Assembly (NCBI GenBank): GCA_024679065.1
Contig: JAGIQG010000003.1
Span: 60,822,001-60,886,000 of the forward strand
Reading direction: 5' to 3'
DNA length: 64,000 nucleotides
Source of the DNA: Sphyrna mokarran
Taxonomy: Eukaryota
The notes beneath the pieces are model-generated. The model did not search any database. It was not told the DNA's origin and worked only from the letters and a program-made list of their open reading frames with translations. The first letter of the stretch is position 1. Every line of letters starts with the position of its first letter. Shown one piece after another: positions 24,788 to 37,729 of this stretch. The position numbers were made by a program, and so were the translations under genes.

Positions 24788-25117
24788 TTACTATCAAATA
24801 AATTGGTTGGATTTAAAATTGGTGTTGCCAGACCTCTTACTAAGTTTATCCCAAGACCTAGCAGAGAACTGGACAGGCACCAACAAGATGATAGTTGCAG
24901 AGAAAGTCTGTGCCATTTTTGCCTTCTAAGAGCACTCAGTTGCCACATGGTTTAAGAAGCAGGCTCTGAAACTTGCTGCAAGTCATCAAGCAGCAGAAGT
25001 ACTTGATCTATTTCCTCTTCCAAAGTTCACCTGAGAACCAACCTCCAAGATATTTGATTACAAGAAGCTTCATAGTTTACCGTGAATCCTTTGTTTTATA
25101 AGACCTTCATATCAATT

Positions 25118-26700
25118 TCAAATCATTGAATGCATTCAAGATACCGAGACCTGCAACGTGGGATACTAGAAGTTGTAAATCAGAAGCTGAATTAACTGTA
25201 ATCTTAAAAAATGTACTGTCTAATCTTTGTGAGCATGTGCGCATGTATGAGACTGAATGTGTGGCATTGTGTTCATTTGGGGTAAATGTGGAAATAAATA
25301 ACCTTATTTTAAACTCATGAAAGCTTGCTGCTAAATAATTTAATTAGATTACACGTTCAAAGGGTATAGAAAGGCACATCTCTTTCCATATAAACATCCT
25401 GATTAGGGATAATAGAGCAAGTACATTCACTCTGATACCTGCCAAGATTAGGAATTCATGCTGCTGTTCGTGGACCTAAAAGGGTGATGAACATAAAAAG
25501 ACAGGAAGTCAAATTAAATAGCTCATAGTAAATTACCTTACTATGACCAAGTGCAGTTATCCTCCTGAACGAGGGAATTGTAATAATGTAAAGCACTGAA
25601 GAATGCTGAATCTTTAAATCATTAGTAGCATTAAGCCATTTAAATCTTGACATCCAACTTTACAATGACAGGTCCCATTTACAAAGTATGTTTAATGAAG
25701 CAGGATTTTAAAATTGTAGCTACTGAAGTTGCCATTACAAATTGTTCTGAGGAGAATGTTAGGAAATGACTGATCTCAGTTCCTTCCTATTGCTGAAGAA
25801 GCAGCAATGTTACAATGTGGTCTGCATATAGAGTGTGCACGTTCAAAACAGACAGACAGAGGGGGACGGAGCCACCCCTCCCCCAGTTTAAGACTCAAAA
25901 CGTCAAAAATATTCATGTGTTCCACATTACAGATTTTTTTTGGTTGAAGTAGCTGTATTAGAATATCATAGTTTAGTGTGTGACTAGGAAACAAGTTGTT
26001 GTCTCAGACTTTTCATGCTTGTTTTGCCCATTATCCAACGTAGTATTTTATCTATATGTTTGCAGCAGCAAGATATTTGAAAGAGAATTATGTACTTTGG
26101 GATGCAATTTAAAGTTTTTAATGTGTTATGGATTCCACCAGTTGTGTTAATTTGTTTTTTTATTTTCCTCCTTGTAACAGCAAGGCACTTACTACACACA
26201 GCCACTGTATGCAGCACCGCCTCATGTAATTCATCACACCACAGTTGTTCAGCCGAATGGAATGCCTGCTGCCATGTATCCACAACCAATTCCTTCACCC
26301 AGAGCAAATGGTGTTGCCATGGGAATGGTAGCTGGGACCACTATGGCAATGTCTGCAGGTGAGTATCTGCATAAGCTCAACTCTTGTACCTTGCATTTTA
26401 ATTCTCTCAGTTTTGGATTTGGCAGTCAACCATATGTTTTGTACAGTGTGCTACAGATGGAACAGCCTGGAGATGTATATGTTAAAAGGTTAAATAAGAG
26501 CCAGACATAAAAAAATGTTGGATATCTCAAGTTATCCAGCAAAAGATACATTTTCTAAAAAATCAAATCATTGAATGCATTCAAGATAGCATGACCTGCA
26601 ATGTGGGAGGCTAGAAGTTGTAAATCAGAGGCTGAATGAACTATAATCTTATAGTTTATCTATCTGTATCTAATCTTCATGAGCCTGTACACATGCGTGA
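25118..26700 (+). repeat. Dispersed direct repeat of ~130 bp (25118-~25250 and 26563-~26700) bracketing exon 5
   Basis: tcaaatcattgaatgcattcaagata..gacctgcaa.gtggga..ctagaagttgtaaatcaga.gctgaat.aact.taatctta is present twice. Confidence 0.85.
26181..26358 (+). CDS. FAM168B: FAM168B exon 5: [59 protein letters not shown]
   Basis: Acceptor ttttcctccttgtaacag|, donor GCAG|gtgagt, 178 nt. Contains the FAM168 hallmark [14 protein letters not shown]. Confidence 0.96.
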
Positions 26701-26829
26701 TTGTATCAATCATGTAATGCTTAAGTCATAGTCGAAAGGTTGAATTTCTATCCAAATGGTGCATTAACATTGTCAGCTCTTCTATTTACAACTTGTAAAA
26801 TTGCAGGAGGATCAATTACAAATTTAGCA

Positions 26830-28150
26830 TTGTTGACTGTCAGTTCCACACCCATCTTTCCCACAGATCTCTGTTAAATCCCTCCAGTCATATTTCAGCT
26901 CCCACCACAATACTGAAGTGGTTGTTGTCAGAGTCACAAATGATATCCTATGTGACTGATCTCAGTAAACTATCCCTCCTCTCGCATTTCAAATTGGCTG
27001 TAACCATATCTTTTTCATTCAATGCTGCTCCTCTGTTGCCCAGCTGGGTAGAACTGACCTTACCTAATTTGGATCTGCCCAGTTGCTACTGATTTGATTT
27101 GATTTTATTGTCAGATGTATCAGGATAGAGTGAAAAGTATTTCTTGCATGCTATGCAAACAAAGCATACCATTCATAGAGTACATAAAGGAGAAGGAAAG
27201 AAGGTATAGAATTTAGTGTTGCAGATACAAATAGGTGAAGAGAATGATCAGCTTAATAGATGCCAGATCCTCTGGGAGCAGGGAAGAGGCTTCTTTTGGG
27301 TGGTTGGTACGTGACTCAGACTTTTGTATCTTTTTTTCGATGGTTGAAGGTGGAAGGCAATATGTTCGGAATGAGTTGGTTCCTTGATTGTGCCGGCTGT
27401 TTTTCACAGGCAGTGGGAAGTGTAGACTTAATTAATAGATGAGAGGCTGGTTTGCGTGAATAACTAAGTTATGATCACAACCTTTTGTAGTTTCTTGCAG
27501 TCTTAATCAGAGCAGGAGCTATACCAAACTGTGATACACCCAGAAAGGATGCTTTTCATGGTGCACCTACAAAAATTGGTCAGAGTTGTAGCAGATGTGC
27601 CAAATTACCTTAGCTTCTGAGAAAGTAAAGGCATTAATGGGCTTTCTTAACTATAATGTCAGCATGGAAGGCTCAGGTAGAAACTTGAAGCTCTCAACAT
27701 TTTCATTTCATCACTACTGATGTAGACTGCGTTTCCTAGTTGATGACTACCTCCTCCATTTTACCAACATTGAGGGAGAGATTATTGTCATGATACCATT
27801 TCACCATATTCTCAATCCCTTTCCTTGAATTCATGTCATCAGTTGTTGAGATCCGAGATTGATGGTGATGTCATCAATCAGCTATAATGGTTTCTGCTCC
27901 CTCTTGTATATTGTTGCTCCCGGAGTCATCCCAAGAATCTATCCTTGACATTTTCGTGCTTTCAACTGCTTTAGCTACAACCTTGCTACTGTTCTCCTTT
28001 AAGGTGAGCCTTAAAATAGGCATATTTGACCAAAAATTTGATCATCTTTCCTTGTATCTCTCTTTGTAGTTCAGCATCAAACTTTATTTGTAACCCTCAT
28101 GTAAAATACTTTGTGACATTTTACCATGTTAAACATTTTGTATGATGTGA
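26830..28150 (+). mobile_element. Degenerate L2-like LINE fragment (26830-27085 plus 27870-28150) interrupted by a Rex/Babar element
   Basis: tactgaagtggttgttgtcagagtcacaaatgatatcc resembles the L2 'TETAL.KVTNDIL' region. L2-like 3' tail near 28000-28150. Confidence 0.5.
27090..27870 (-). mobile_element. Rex1/Babar-like LINE 3' fragment with (TCAAA)n tail
   Basis: Minus translation HDNNLSLNVGKMEEVVIN matches the Rex/Babar NNL.LN..KTKE motif. gatttgatttgatt tail; the same tail family occurs at 4440-4590 (+). Confidence 0.65.
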
Positions 28151-28700
28151 GTTGTTGATCTGCTATTGTAATTGAAATCCATCATATGATTATATATGGA
28201 CTGCTTGAATTGGGTTTCTGGCCCATGTCAGGAGTGTTAGACTTCCTTGCATGTGCCAACTTGTTTCTTGAAGCTGAACCAGTATGATTTCCTATCTATT
28301 TGAAAAATTGTGGTCAAGGATAGTTAAAGAATTGTTTACTTTTTTAAAAAAAAGCCATACAATTTTGAATGATAAATACATTTCCATCAAATCATTTAAT
28401 TTTCTTTAAGCCAAAGGTTTCAGTTGGTCCATTTAAAAAGCAACATTGACTTAAATCTCAGACTTACTTATCTTCAATGCTCAGCAGTGTCAGAATATGT
28501 GTTACAAGTTTGTGGAAAGAAGAAAAATTTGTACAAATAAGTATTAATTTTATCTTAATTATATTTATTAAATTTATCCAGCACTTCAGTTTTTCGGATT
28601 TAAGCTTTTTTTTTATAACTCATACCTTTTGAGCACTTCTGTGCTTTAACTGAATCTGGCATTGAGATTGAATTTCATTTAAAAAATTATTTTCTTGCAG

Positions 28701-28813
28701 GTACTTTGTTGACGACTCATTCCCCAACTCCAGTAGCTCCACATCCTGTTTCCTTGCCTGCTTATAGGACTCCAGGAACACCTACCTACAACTATGTACC
28801 GTCGCAGTGGTGA
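28701..28813 (+). CDS. FAM168B: FAM168B last coding exon (exon 6): [37 protein letters not shown]
   Basis: Acceptor ttttcttgcag|, TGA at 28811-28813. The spliced CDS is 70+84+143+178+113 = 588 nt = 195 aa. Confidence 0.95.
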
Positions 28814-31285
28814 TCACCCAGTCACTGGAAATGCAAGTCTACCTTCCTTAATTGTAAAGTAGTCATCTTTTAGAGCTTGAGCAACAACAGCTGATTTAAG
28901 AAATCTAATGTATAGGTTATATTAGATATCAAATCAGATTTGGGTTTAAGTTCAACTGAACTTCAAGAAGTTCATTCAGATAGATTTATGCCGCTTGAAA
29001 ATACATTATACCTGAAATTTTACACTTCTGCATTTGTTGTTGTACCTGGACATTGAATTCGCAAGAGATTCAGTTCAACTGTTGGTTTGGCTCTCTTTGA
29101 TAGGTTTGATAGACTCCATTAAGATTGAAATGAACACTTGCTATCTGTGGCTCAGTTGACCTTGTATGCTAGTTGATGACAAGGGTTGTTGCACACAAGG
29201 AATCTCAACTAAATATAGTCATCAGACAAAATGGTTAGAGGATAGGGGATCAGTGGAAAGGACACACTAATAACTTCCAGTCACCCACTTTTAAGACTTG
29301 CATTCTGCGAACTGGAAATTGCTGAGAGCACATGAATAGTAATGGTCCATCAATGGCCTACAGTACAGCAGAAATGCATGGATTTTGCAGAATATTGGGG
29401 CATAACGGATTCAGGTCACCGTGACGTGTCAGCTACACCAATATTTTCTGGGTCTTTCTGGTCCCCCAAGGACCTTTCTTAAAATGTGAATAGAACTTCC
29501 TTGGCTCCTTTCTCCATAAAAACACTGATAGCCAATTTGCTGGATTAGCACACTTCGTTATAGCTGCCACTTCAATAGTGCCCTTTGGATTCAATTCACC
29601 TATCAGATGTGTATTTATTGCTCCAAGGTCACTTATCCTTGAGTACAGCTGGCTTTTTATCAGATTTTGTTGATTTATTTAGCTCGTACAAAAAATTTGA
29701 CTTTTGCACATACTGACTGGAATGTGTTCCGTTAAATGAAATTTAATTTTTAATATCTCTGACATTTATATCTATTTGCTTGATTCTTAATTCCTTAACA
29801 TTGTCAATTATTCATTTGGAATATTAATCTATTCAGAGTTAAGATGACTGAAGGAATGTATAGCTGCTCTGATGTTAGGTGCAACGATATCTGAAAAATG
29901 AGCTTTGAAATAATTACTCCCCTCAGAGATTGTATTTAGTTTTTGATATAATTCCTCTGCAAAACGCAGGACATGTGTTTTGAAATGAATGTCTCCACCA
30001 ACATCTGGAAGTGATTACAGTTTAGAAGCATTAAGTTACTTCAGGTACGTGCAGCTACATGTGCTGTCCGTATTACACCCAGAAATTGCATTCACGTAAC
30101 ATTCTTTATGTTTAGAGAACAACATAAATAACCTATCAGATTTGTAGTAACTTCATGTGATGAGGCCCACCAGTCAAACGTGAACTTATAAACCAGAACA
30201 AAAATTGGAAGAGTCCTAACTACTGCTCATATGATCAAAATCATAATTGACGGTGAACAATCTTAATTTGGCATTACTGGAATATACCCCACTGTGGTAT
30301 ATTCTGATGAGTTCAGTGGCAAATCCTGTCACAAATTCAATACTGAAGAGTCACGCTGCCCAACACTACAAAAGCATTCAGGGCCCTTCCAGCATTCAGA
30401 TAATTTCAAAGCTCTGTCTTTATTTTTATAACATTAGGTTTTTCATTATTTAGTTAAACAGTAGATTTTGACATTTCTGGCAGAAGTTAAAGTATTAAAA
30501 TTTCTTTTGGGCATAATCTGAAGACCTGGGAGGCACAAAACTAAAGCAGCATCAATATAAGTTTACAACCACAGGAAGACAAGTTTACATCAGCACTTGC
30601 CAGTATAACTGTGGACTTCAAATTTATACTGGGAAAAAATTTATTTGGCAACTGTGGCAACATAAAAGAAGGGTGTGTGAAATGGGAAATGCGCATAGAG
30701 GACATTCTCCTCCTCTCAAAGACTTGGACCTCACTGTTTAGAGGCAAGAGCTGAAGTAAATCCAAGCTTCAAAACCATTCTCCTATTGTTCAACAGAATA
30801 CATGATGAGTACTTTCTGAACCTTTCTTAAACACTGTCCCAGTTCAAGATGATATATGCAAAAGAAAACGTCAGGTTTATCTAAATGGATTATGCAGTTA
30901 TAATTTACCATCCTTTGTGACAGCCATTTCAGTATTGACTAAAAATTTAACCTGGTTTCTGCTAATCTATATAGCTCAGTTGTTTGTTGCTGAATTAAAC
31001 TTTGACTGTACATTAGAAGCCTTATTTTTGAATGGAAGAGACCAGTTAATGTAGAAAAGAAATGCCAGTGAAAGACAAAGATTTATGTATCCAGCAAATA
31101 CATTTTATTGCAAGTAACACTGCTTTGTATTTGCTGACACAGCCTTCTGGCAAAAGTGTAGCTGCACTGGTTGACACTTTCAACACATAAAATACTTGTA
31201 ATGATTATTGAGCACCTTGGGTAACTATCGAATCTCTATGGTTTGGTCTTGAGCTTGTTTGTGAAAAGTTCAGTTTCCAAGTTAT

Positions 31286-31391
31286 ATTAATGCACCCTGA
31301 TGATTTTAATCTTGTAGCATTTGGAAGAATAATGAGGAATTAATGCATCCTGATGATTTTAATCTTATAGCATTTGGAAGAATAATGAGGA
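31286..31391 (+). repeat. Tandem duplication, 2 x 53 bp
   Basis: attaatgca(c/t)cctgatgattttaatctt(g/a)tagcatttggaagaataatgagga occurs twice, with 2 mismatches. Confidence 0.95.
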
Positions 31392-31629
31392 AAGATGTTT
31401 CCATGTTTTCTCAAATGATCTTGCATAGAATTTTGACAAGAGTCACGCATACTGGAAATTGAGTATTTCACAGAAATGGAACTCTGAATTTTTTTCAATA
31501 AGTACTTAAATTTACATCTTATGATTTTATAGTTATTGGAAGACTGCTTCTATATACAATGGTTGTTTCGATTTGACTTGGATATTAAGAAAATTAAGAA
31601 CTAAGTATTTAAAATACTCTCTTTCACAG

Positions 31630-34600
31630 GTTGAAAGGTGGGAGATATGCAATCAAACAAGTCTTAACACTTGGTGCTGATTCCCACATGCCTCCAACCA
31701 GGATCCTTCCTTCAAGTACATCAATGCTCTCAACATTTGCCAAACACTACCAAAAAAAACTTGGAAGATTATCATGGCTGCATATCTTGCATCTTGGAAC
31801 TCGGCAGTGCTCAAGTCTTATGACAAAACCTGTTTTGTGGACTGTCTTGCAATTTTATAGATTACACAAAAGGGAGTATAAGCATATTTGGATTCATATC
31901 TAGTTCAATGCATGTTACAAAATGCTTGCTCAAATCTACCTGCAGTGACTAATGCAAACCATCATATGCAAAATCCAAAGGAACCAAGGTTCAAAAAATA
32001 TTTTGCAACTTAATTTCAATAATGCAGAGTCTTATTGTATGTAATGTTTAAAAAAAAGAGTTGTGCAAGTGAATTTCTATAACTGACCAGAAAAACAAAA
32101 CTTCTGGCTGATCTGTCGGACTTGATGTTTTTTAATGGGAACAGTTATGTTTCTTTAGCCAGATTATTCATTTACATTCTTGGTAGCAGATGCATTTACA
32201 GCACAACACCTGGTGGAGGTGTTAAGGTAGGCATGAAATGAAACCTGTAAGCATTGACATGACAGTCCTTTTTTTCATTTTAAACTGCATTAGAGTGTAA
32301 TAGAGAAAAAGGCAACAGTAGACATTAAAGTGAGGTGAATGGAGGAAATGTGCAGACATTTTTTAAAATGAATTTGGAACAGCCAGTAGTTGGGGAAAAT
32401 AGAGGTATTTTTATATTCTTTGATTTAATATTGCAGTAACATGTTATGAATGCCTCTGACTTAAAATCATGACATTTGATGGTTTGTAGGCTTTTAGTTT
32501 GATAACCATTATATATACACTTTTTCCATATCTCAGAATTTTCCATGGGTTTCTGTAGAATCCAAATCACTGATTATTGTTTTGGATAATAGTATAAAAT
32601 ATAATTTTCCTTTTCAAATTTGTCTATTCCTCACAGAATTCCTCATTGTGAGCATTGGATGTGTGATTGGTTGCTGCCCAGTAGTGGACACATGTAATAT
32701 AGGTGACATTGTTTTTAAAGTCTGCATATAATTTTCATCACTGTCTCATTTGATTTGTTCCAGGTTATGTATTACATAGGATGACTTCATTGGTCAAGCA
32801 AGGTTGAATAACATTTTTGAAGGCATTTATGACTAAAGCTTCTGAATATTCAAACTGTAGTATAAAACCAAAGGAGGTAAATTTCTTAATATTGCTTTAG
32901 GGAATCTGTCCATTACATAATCCCATAATTTTCATTGGATTTTCATAGGGTTTGCTGGTTTCTATAGCAGTCACATTTGAACTGTGCAATGGATTGCTAG
33001 TCAAATAACTTTTGATTGTTAAATGGGAGAAAAGGCAGACCTTCTTTATTCAGCATTTGTTAGAAGTTTTCTTCCCAATCTCTTCATGCAATCCACTGAG
33101 CAATATCTGCCCTTGGTTCCCAGACCCCAGATAATTCCCTCCTTGAGCTTGCTGTTGGAAGATATTAGTGAATAGTGTAAGTCGACTTATCTTTCAACTT
33201 TTCCTATTTGGGCTAATTGCCTTAGCCAGATGGCTTGGCTAAAATCCAAACCTCACTATATTGGATTAGGAATTACAGGGAAAACAATTTGAGAAGCTTG
33301 AATTATGGTATCCAATGTAAAAAGCACGAGTTCCACTTGCATTTTTTTTAATTGTTCATTGTTGTAAAAGTAAATCAATAATGCGGATCTAAAAAGTCAA
33401 GTGGACAAATTGGCAAGCATTTATGTTCATAATGACCAAGTTATTTTGGTTAGGAATCTCTTTAGTTTTTCTATGTTTTGTGGCCCCTAGACACTGCACA
33501 ACAGTTTCAATATTTAGGGTGTTCATTCTTTTGCAATAGGAAACGTATTGATAAAAGGGAATAAGACACTGCCCATCTTGAGTTCCAGTCCCACTTAGAG
33601 ATTGATAATCATATCCTTCAACTATCGTGAAAGTTCATTTCAGAAATTACCCCTAATCTGTGGTGAAACTTGGTGTATCTGTGGATTAGGATTGTCTGAC
33701 AGTTCAGCTGAGAGCATTCAGCTATCTTCTTGGCTGTGCTTATATAAGTATTGCAGGGACTATTTTGGATTGCTGCTGGCACTGTACATGATGCAAGAGG
33801 ATCCAAATTCTTAAGTTATGTTTTTTCTAGACTCTTTTATCAAATTTTACCTGAATTAGCACAAATTGAGGAAAATAGTTGTGGAAACCATTGAACAGCT
33901 TAATTTAATGTAGAGGAATTAGTTTAATGAAGTAGAATTGTTTTTTGATAATAGCTAGCAAAGAAATATTTGAGGGGAACAAGCACACAACTTTTAGAAT
34001 TCGTATCTTTCCTATTCCATTTTTCTATATTGAACTTTTATAATGGATTTAGCATGTATGTTAACTTCATTTTAAAATATTCCCATGACCAATTATTGAC
34101 TTATTTTCAGATAGCCAGCAGCGTTATTGCTGGAAATAGTAATGGCATTTAACTTTAAAAATTGAGCAGTCTGAAATTTACTGGGTTGTTTACTGAATAT
34201 AAACTCAAGTTTTAATATATCAGATTGCACTAACTGCAATTTGCGTGTCCAATGCAGTGGTTTTGCAAAAGCTTTCGCAGATAGTGGTGTCATGCAGTCC
34301 TAAAGAGCAGTTCCTTTCAGGAAAATCATGACTGTTTTGACTGGTACTTCTGAGGTTGTCCTTTGCAAACCCTGTATTAAAATAGCATGAACAAGAAAGG
34401 AATTTTAAAATTGAATATGTTCATAATCTTCGGATTCCTCTTCAGTTTGGACCGGGTTAGGTTATGAACTCCTCACTCATTTTCGAAGGAAAATTCTGTC
34501 TAATGTTGCATCAGAGGGGCTTGTTTTCTGACCTGGCATTACAGGGCTTGGAAAATTTCGGATGCTTCACTGTAATATGGTTTTTCAAGCTTTAAACATA

Positions 34601-36895
34601 CACTGTGACAGACTACATTGACATTCTAAAAGATTCCTTAAAAAAGACAGGTTGCAATTTTAACAGAAGTTATAAGCATGACTACAAAAGAAAGTTTAAA
34701 GGAAAGTGTATTTGTTGATAGTTTCTTTAAAAATTTACAAGTCACAAGTCAGGACTTGGTATAAAATGAAGATTGAACCTAAAGTGAATAACCTATAATC
34801 AACACTGTACACTGGACTAACGTTTTGTTTGTTTCCCTTTTTAAATGTCATCTTTTTACATTCTTCTCCCTGCTTCAGCTCACCTGTTATGCTGTGATGT
34901 ATGCTGAAATAGTTTCAATATTGGCATCCGTGTGGACTGTGTAACTGAGTGCAGCATGGAAATTTTATTAATCAGTGTGGTTTTTCAAATATGTGGCCCC
35001 TATAGCATCACTTGGAGTCAGTTGTACTTCTGTAGTAGTACTGCATTACAGAAGATAGTAGTTGATCCAAATAGTGAAGGCTAAATTAACAGTGCAAAGC
35101 TGCTGAGACAGCATTTTGGCCAGCTTGCACAATTCCTTTTCTTTAATGTATGTCTTAAGGAGAAAATAATGGGTACTGAGATAAAGAAAAATCAACCATG
35201 GAAACCTGCCATGGGCAATGTTTAATATAAAGCACTGTTTAAATCTGGGAGTTTCTTCATGTTACACTGCTGTACATGCACTCATTTATGTTGCGTTTGA
35301 AATTTAGTAGGTTTTTGTATTTAAAAAAAGACTTGGTAGACCAAATTATGCTTTGTTGCACAAATTAAGATGAATCACTCTTTTGGTGCTTTAGCCACTT
35401 AGTGTTCACGCTGGTTACTTTTTGCATTTCTTGAGATGATTACAGTTTTGTTTGTTAAACTGGGTGGAAGAGAATCCAAAATTTCAGTCTCTTAGCATCC
35501 AGAAACTTGTGGGTGCCCAGGTTTAAAATTCACAAGTGGCCATCCAATTTTCTGCACTTTGCAATGGGAGACATGCAGTCTGGGCTCATGTTGCATTTTT
35601 GAAGGAACATGCAAGCTTAGCATACTAATTCTACTTGTTCTCTCTTTCAAAAGTTCTGTCTGGAGGAGAAAATTTACTGACTTGTAGAAATCTATAGCCT
35701 CATGCAAATTTGGCAGTTGCTTTAGAATATTTCCAAGCCTCTTCAGGGGCAATATATGCCATATGCTCAGGGACTGATTGAGAATGACAACCTTGCGTTG
35801 AGCTAAAGTTTGTGTATTTCACCATGGTTCATGATTGAAATATACTTTCTATTTAACCTAACGCCTCAACACTTCTCGTACTCAAATTGCGTGCATTCTT
35901 TCAATGCAATTCAGTGTTCGACAGAAGTAATTTAAAGTTAACTTCTATTTTAGAATATTGGGTTGGGGCAAAAAAAAAAGAGCTGTATGATTAACATGGA
36001 TCTATGGGACAAGTGTCTCTTTATACATTGTGTATGTTTGCATGTTCTTTTAAAGCAGTTAACAACTGGGTTGACTAACTTTGCAAATATTGGATCCCTG
36101 CCAAGCAATGAAATGCTGTTTTTCCAATTCTTTTTATAGGGGTGTAAAAGGTTCTGCTTCTTCTCCTTTCCTCTTTTACATTGAGCATTTATTAGAAAGC
36201 AAACAACAAAACCTAATTTGAATTGAAGAATCATTAAGACACACAACATAAAAGAGCTACCCATCTGTTTTCAGAATCCTCAGCTACCACCCCTCCTCCG
36301 ATTTATATTCTCATCAAACCCAGTGTGAGTCCATGTATTCAGTCAGCTGCTTGGCAATAGTCTAGGTGGATGTGAACTGATCTATTTCCCTGTTTAATTA
36401 AAAAAAAAATGAGATTTTAAATTGCAGAATCGTACAGGATGAGTAGATTGTGTTTGTTGGTGTGCAGTGTAGTGCTGTATGACAGCTTTTCCGTTCAAAG
36501 TAAAATGAGCATATGCAACACAGGCACAGCAGAATCACCCATTGAGAGTTATGTACATTTTTGTTAGAGGCACACTTTTTTAAAAAAAATTGACTTTTGA
36601 ACACTATGCTTAATAAAAATATTATTTTGGTACATATTTAGTCTCAGTCAGTGTCGTCTTCCGGAAATCAGTTTTGAAGCACCGTTTTACATTGGATAAC
36701 ATAAACCCAAATTCTAACAATTCCTTTCTGAGCCAGTTCAATTATGTGTAAATTCATACATTGTTATTTTTTTAAAAGCAATCTGACAAGTAGATGAGCT
36801 CAGATTTAAAAAGAAACTTCAAGGCATGTTTATTGTAACAAGAATTGTTATGTATTAATACTTAAGTTTTCAATAAAGATTGACTTGTGTTGCTT
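31630..36895 (+). other. FAM168B: FAM168B terminal 3'UTR exon (~5.2 kb)
   Basis: Acceptor ctctctttcacag| at 31629. The opening sequence (cctccaaccagga, aatgctctc, ctgttttgtggactg) resembles the mammalian FAM168B 3'UTR as recalled. No recognisable TEs; ends after AATAAA. Confidence 0.7.
36872..36877 (+). terminator. Polyadenylation signal AATAAA (a second one at 36612-36617)
   Basis: AATAAA followed by a GU/U-rich downstream element (ttgtgttgcttatcgtgtcttgtg) and preceded by TGTA motifs. Confidence 0.7.
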
Positions 36896-37037
36896 ATCGT
36901 GTCTTGTGAACTTATTTATGCTTTATTTTACATTATTGATGTACTATCCATTAAATGACATTTGCAGTTTGAGGACAACATAACTCGTTACAAGTCATTA
37001 GATCAAACTGATTAATCTACATTATACAGGTACAGAG

Positions 37038-37360
37038 GAGGTCTTGTGGCACAATGGGTAGTGTCCCTGCCTTTGAGCTAAAAGCTCCATGTTCACTTCC
37101 CACCCCAGCACTTGATGGCTGAGGAAGGTGCATTCATAACATGGCTAAACATTTGGGTGTCAACCTGCAGATCTTTCCTAGATGCCAATGACTGGCACAA
37201 AGAGTAGGAAAAACTCTGGTCAGCCATGCTTGTTATACAGTGGCAATCCTCAAGCTTTAAGCCTCTGGCAACATACTAATGGCCTGTACCAGGAATAACT
37301 AACTGTGGAAACAGACAACAGTCTGCCTTAATACATCACTAGTTGCGGGAAAAGAATTGG
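37038..37360 (+). mobile_element. tRNA-derived SINE (different family from HE1)
   Basis: A-box-like tggcacaatgggtag and B-box-like gttcacttcc at the 5' end. Confidence 0.45.
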
Positions 37361-37729
37361 AGTACAGATATAAATTCCAACGGTAAATCAACTTGTGGTC
37401 TTACTGATATGGACAAGAAGTATAAGCAAGTTATTTGTATACTTCATATAATATGATGTTGGAATCTGTGAACAAATCAATTCAGTAAAGTTGGTATGGA
37501 TATTATGTTCATTAAATGTGAAATTGAGAAGTTCATTCCATTTCTCTTGTCTTGTGTTAAATTTGTCATATGCCAATTTGAAACATTCCTCATTGTGATC
37601 CATTATTTAGATAAGTATTGTTCCAGATTTACCTTTCCAATTGTGCAATTAGGCAAGAAGGTTAAAAAAAAATTACCCCTTCCTAATCTTTGGGTTTTCT
37701 GTGCTAAAAATGAGTGCAGTAGCTAAACT

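Larger units (their letters stand above)
23414..24845 (-). mobile_element. Penelope-like element (Neptune-type GIY-YIG endonuclease fragment) with inverted pLTR arms; 14-bp TSD
   Basis: Minus translation RVPFVVQYFPG..PLLAFRQPRNLK..CHNNLCRTC..YSCNSANIVYLIHCKKGCPKA*YIGET..LRQRMNEH. TTATCCCAAGACCT at 23400-23413 and 24846-24859. Confidence 0.9.
23443..24848. repeat. ~350-bp inverted repeat (23443-23794 vs 24497-24848)
   Basis: For example gtaagaggtctggcaacaccaattttaaatccaa vs ttggatttaaaattggtgttgccagacctcttac. Long near-perfect reverse complementarity. Confidence 0.95.

Noticed and set aside
31286-31391. TGATGA in the tandem repeat as a C/D snoRNA or hammerhead
   Set aside because: There is no suitable D box with terminal stem, and no stem II/GAAA following CTGATGA.
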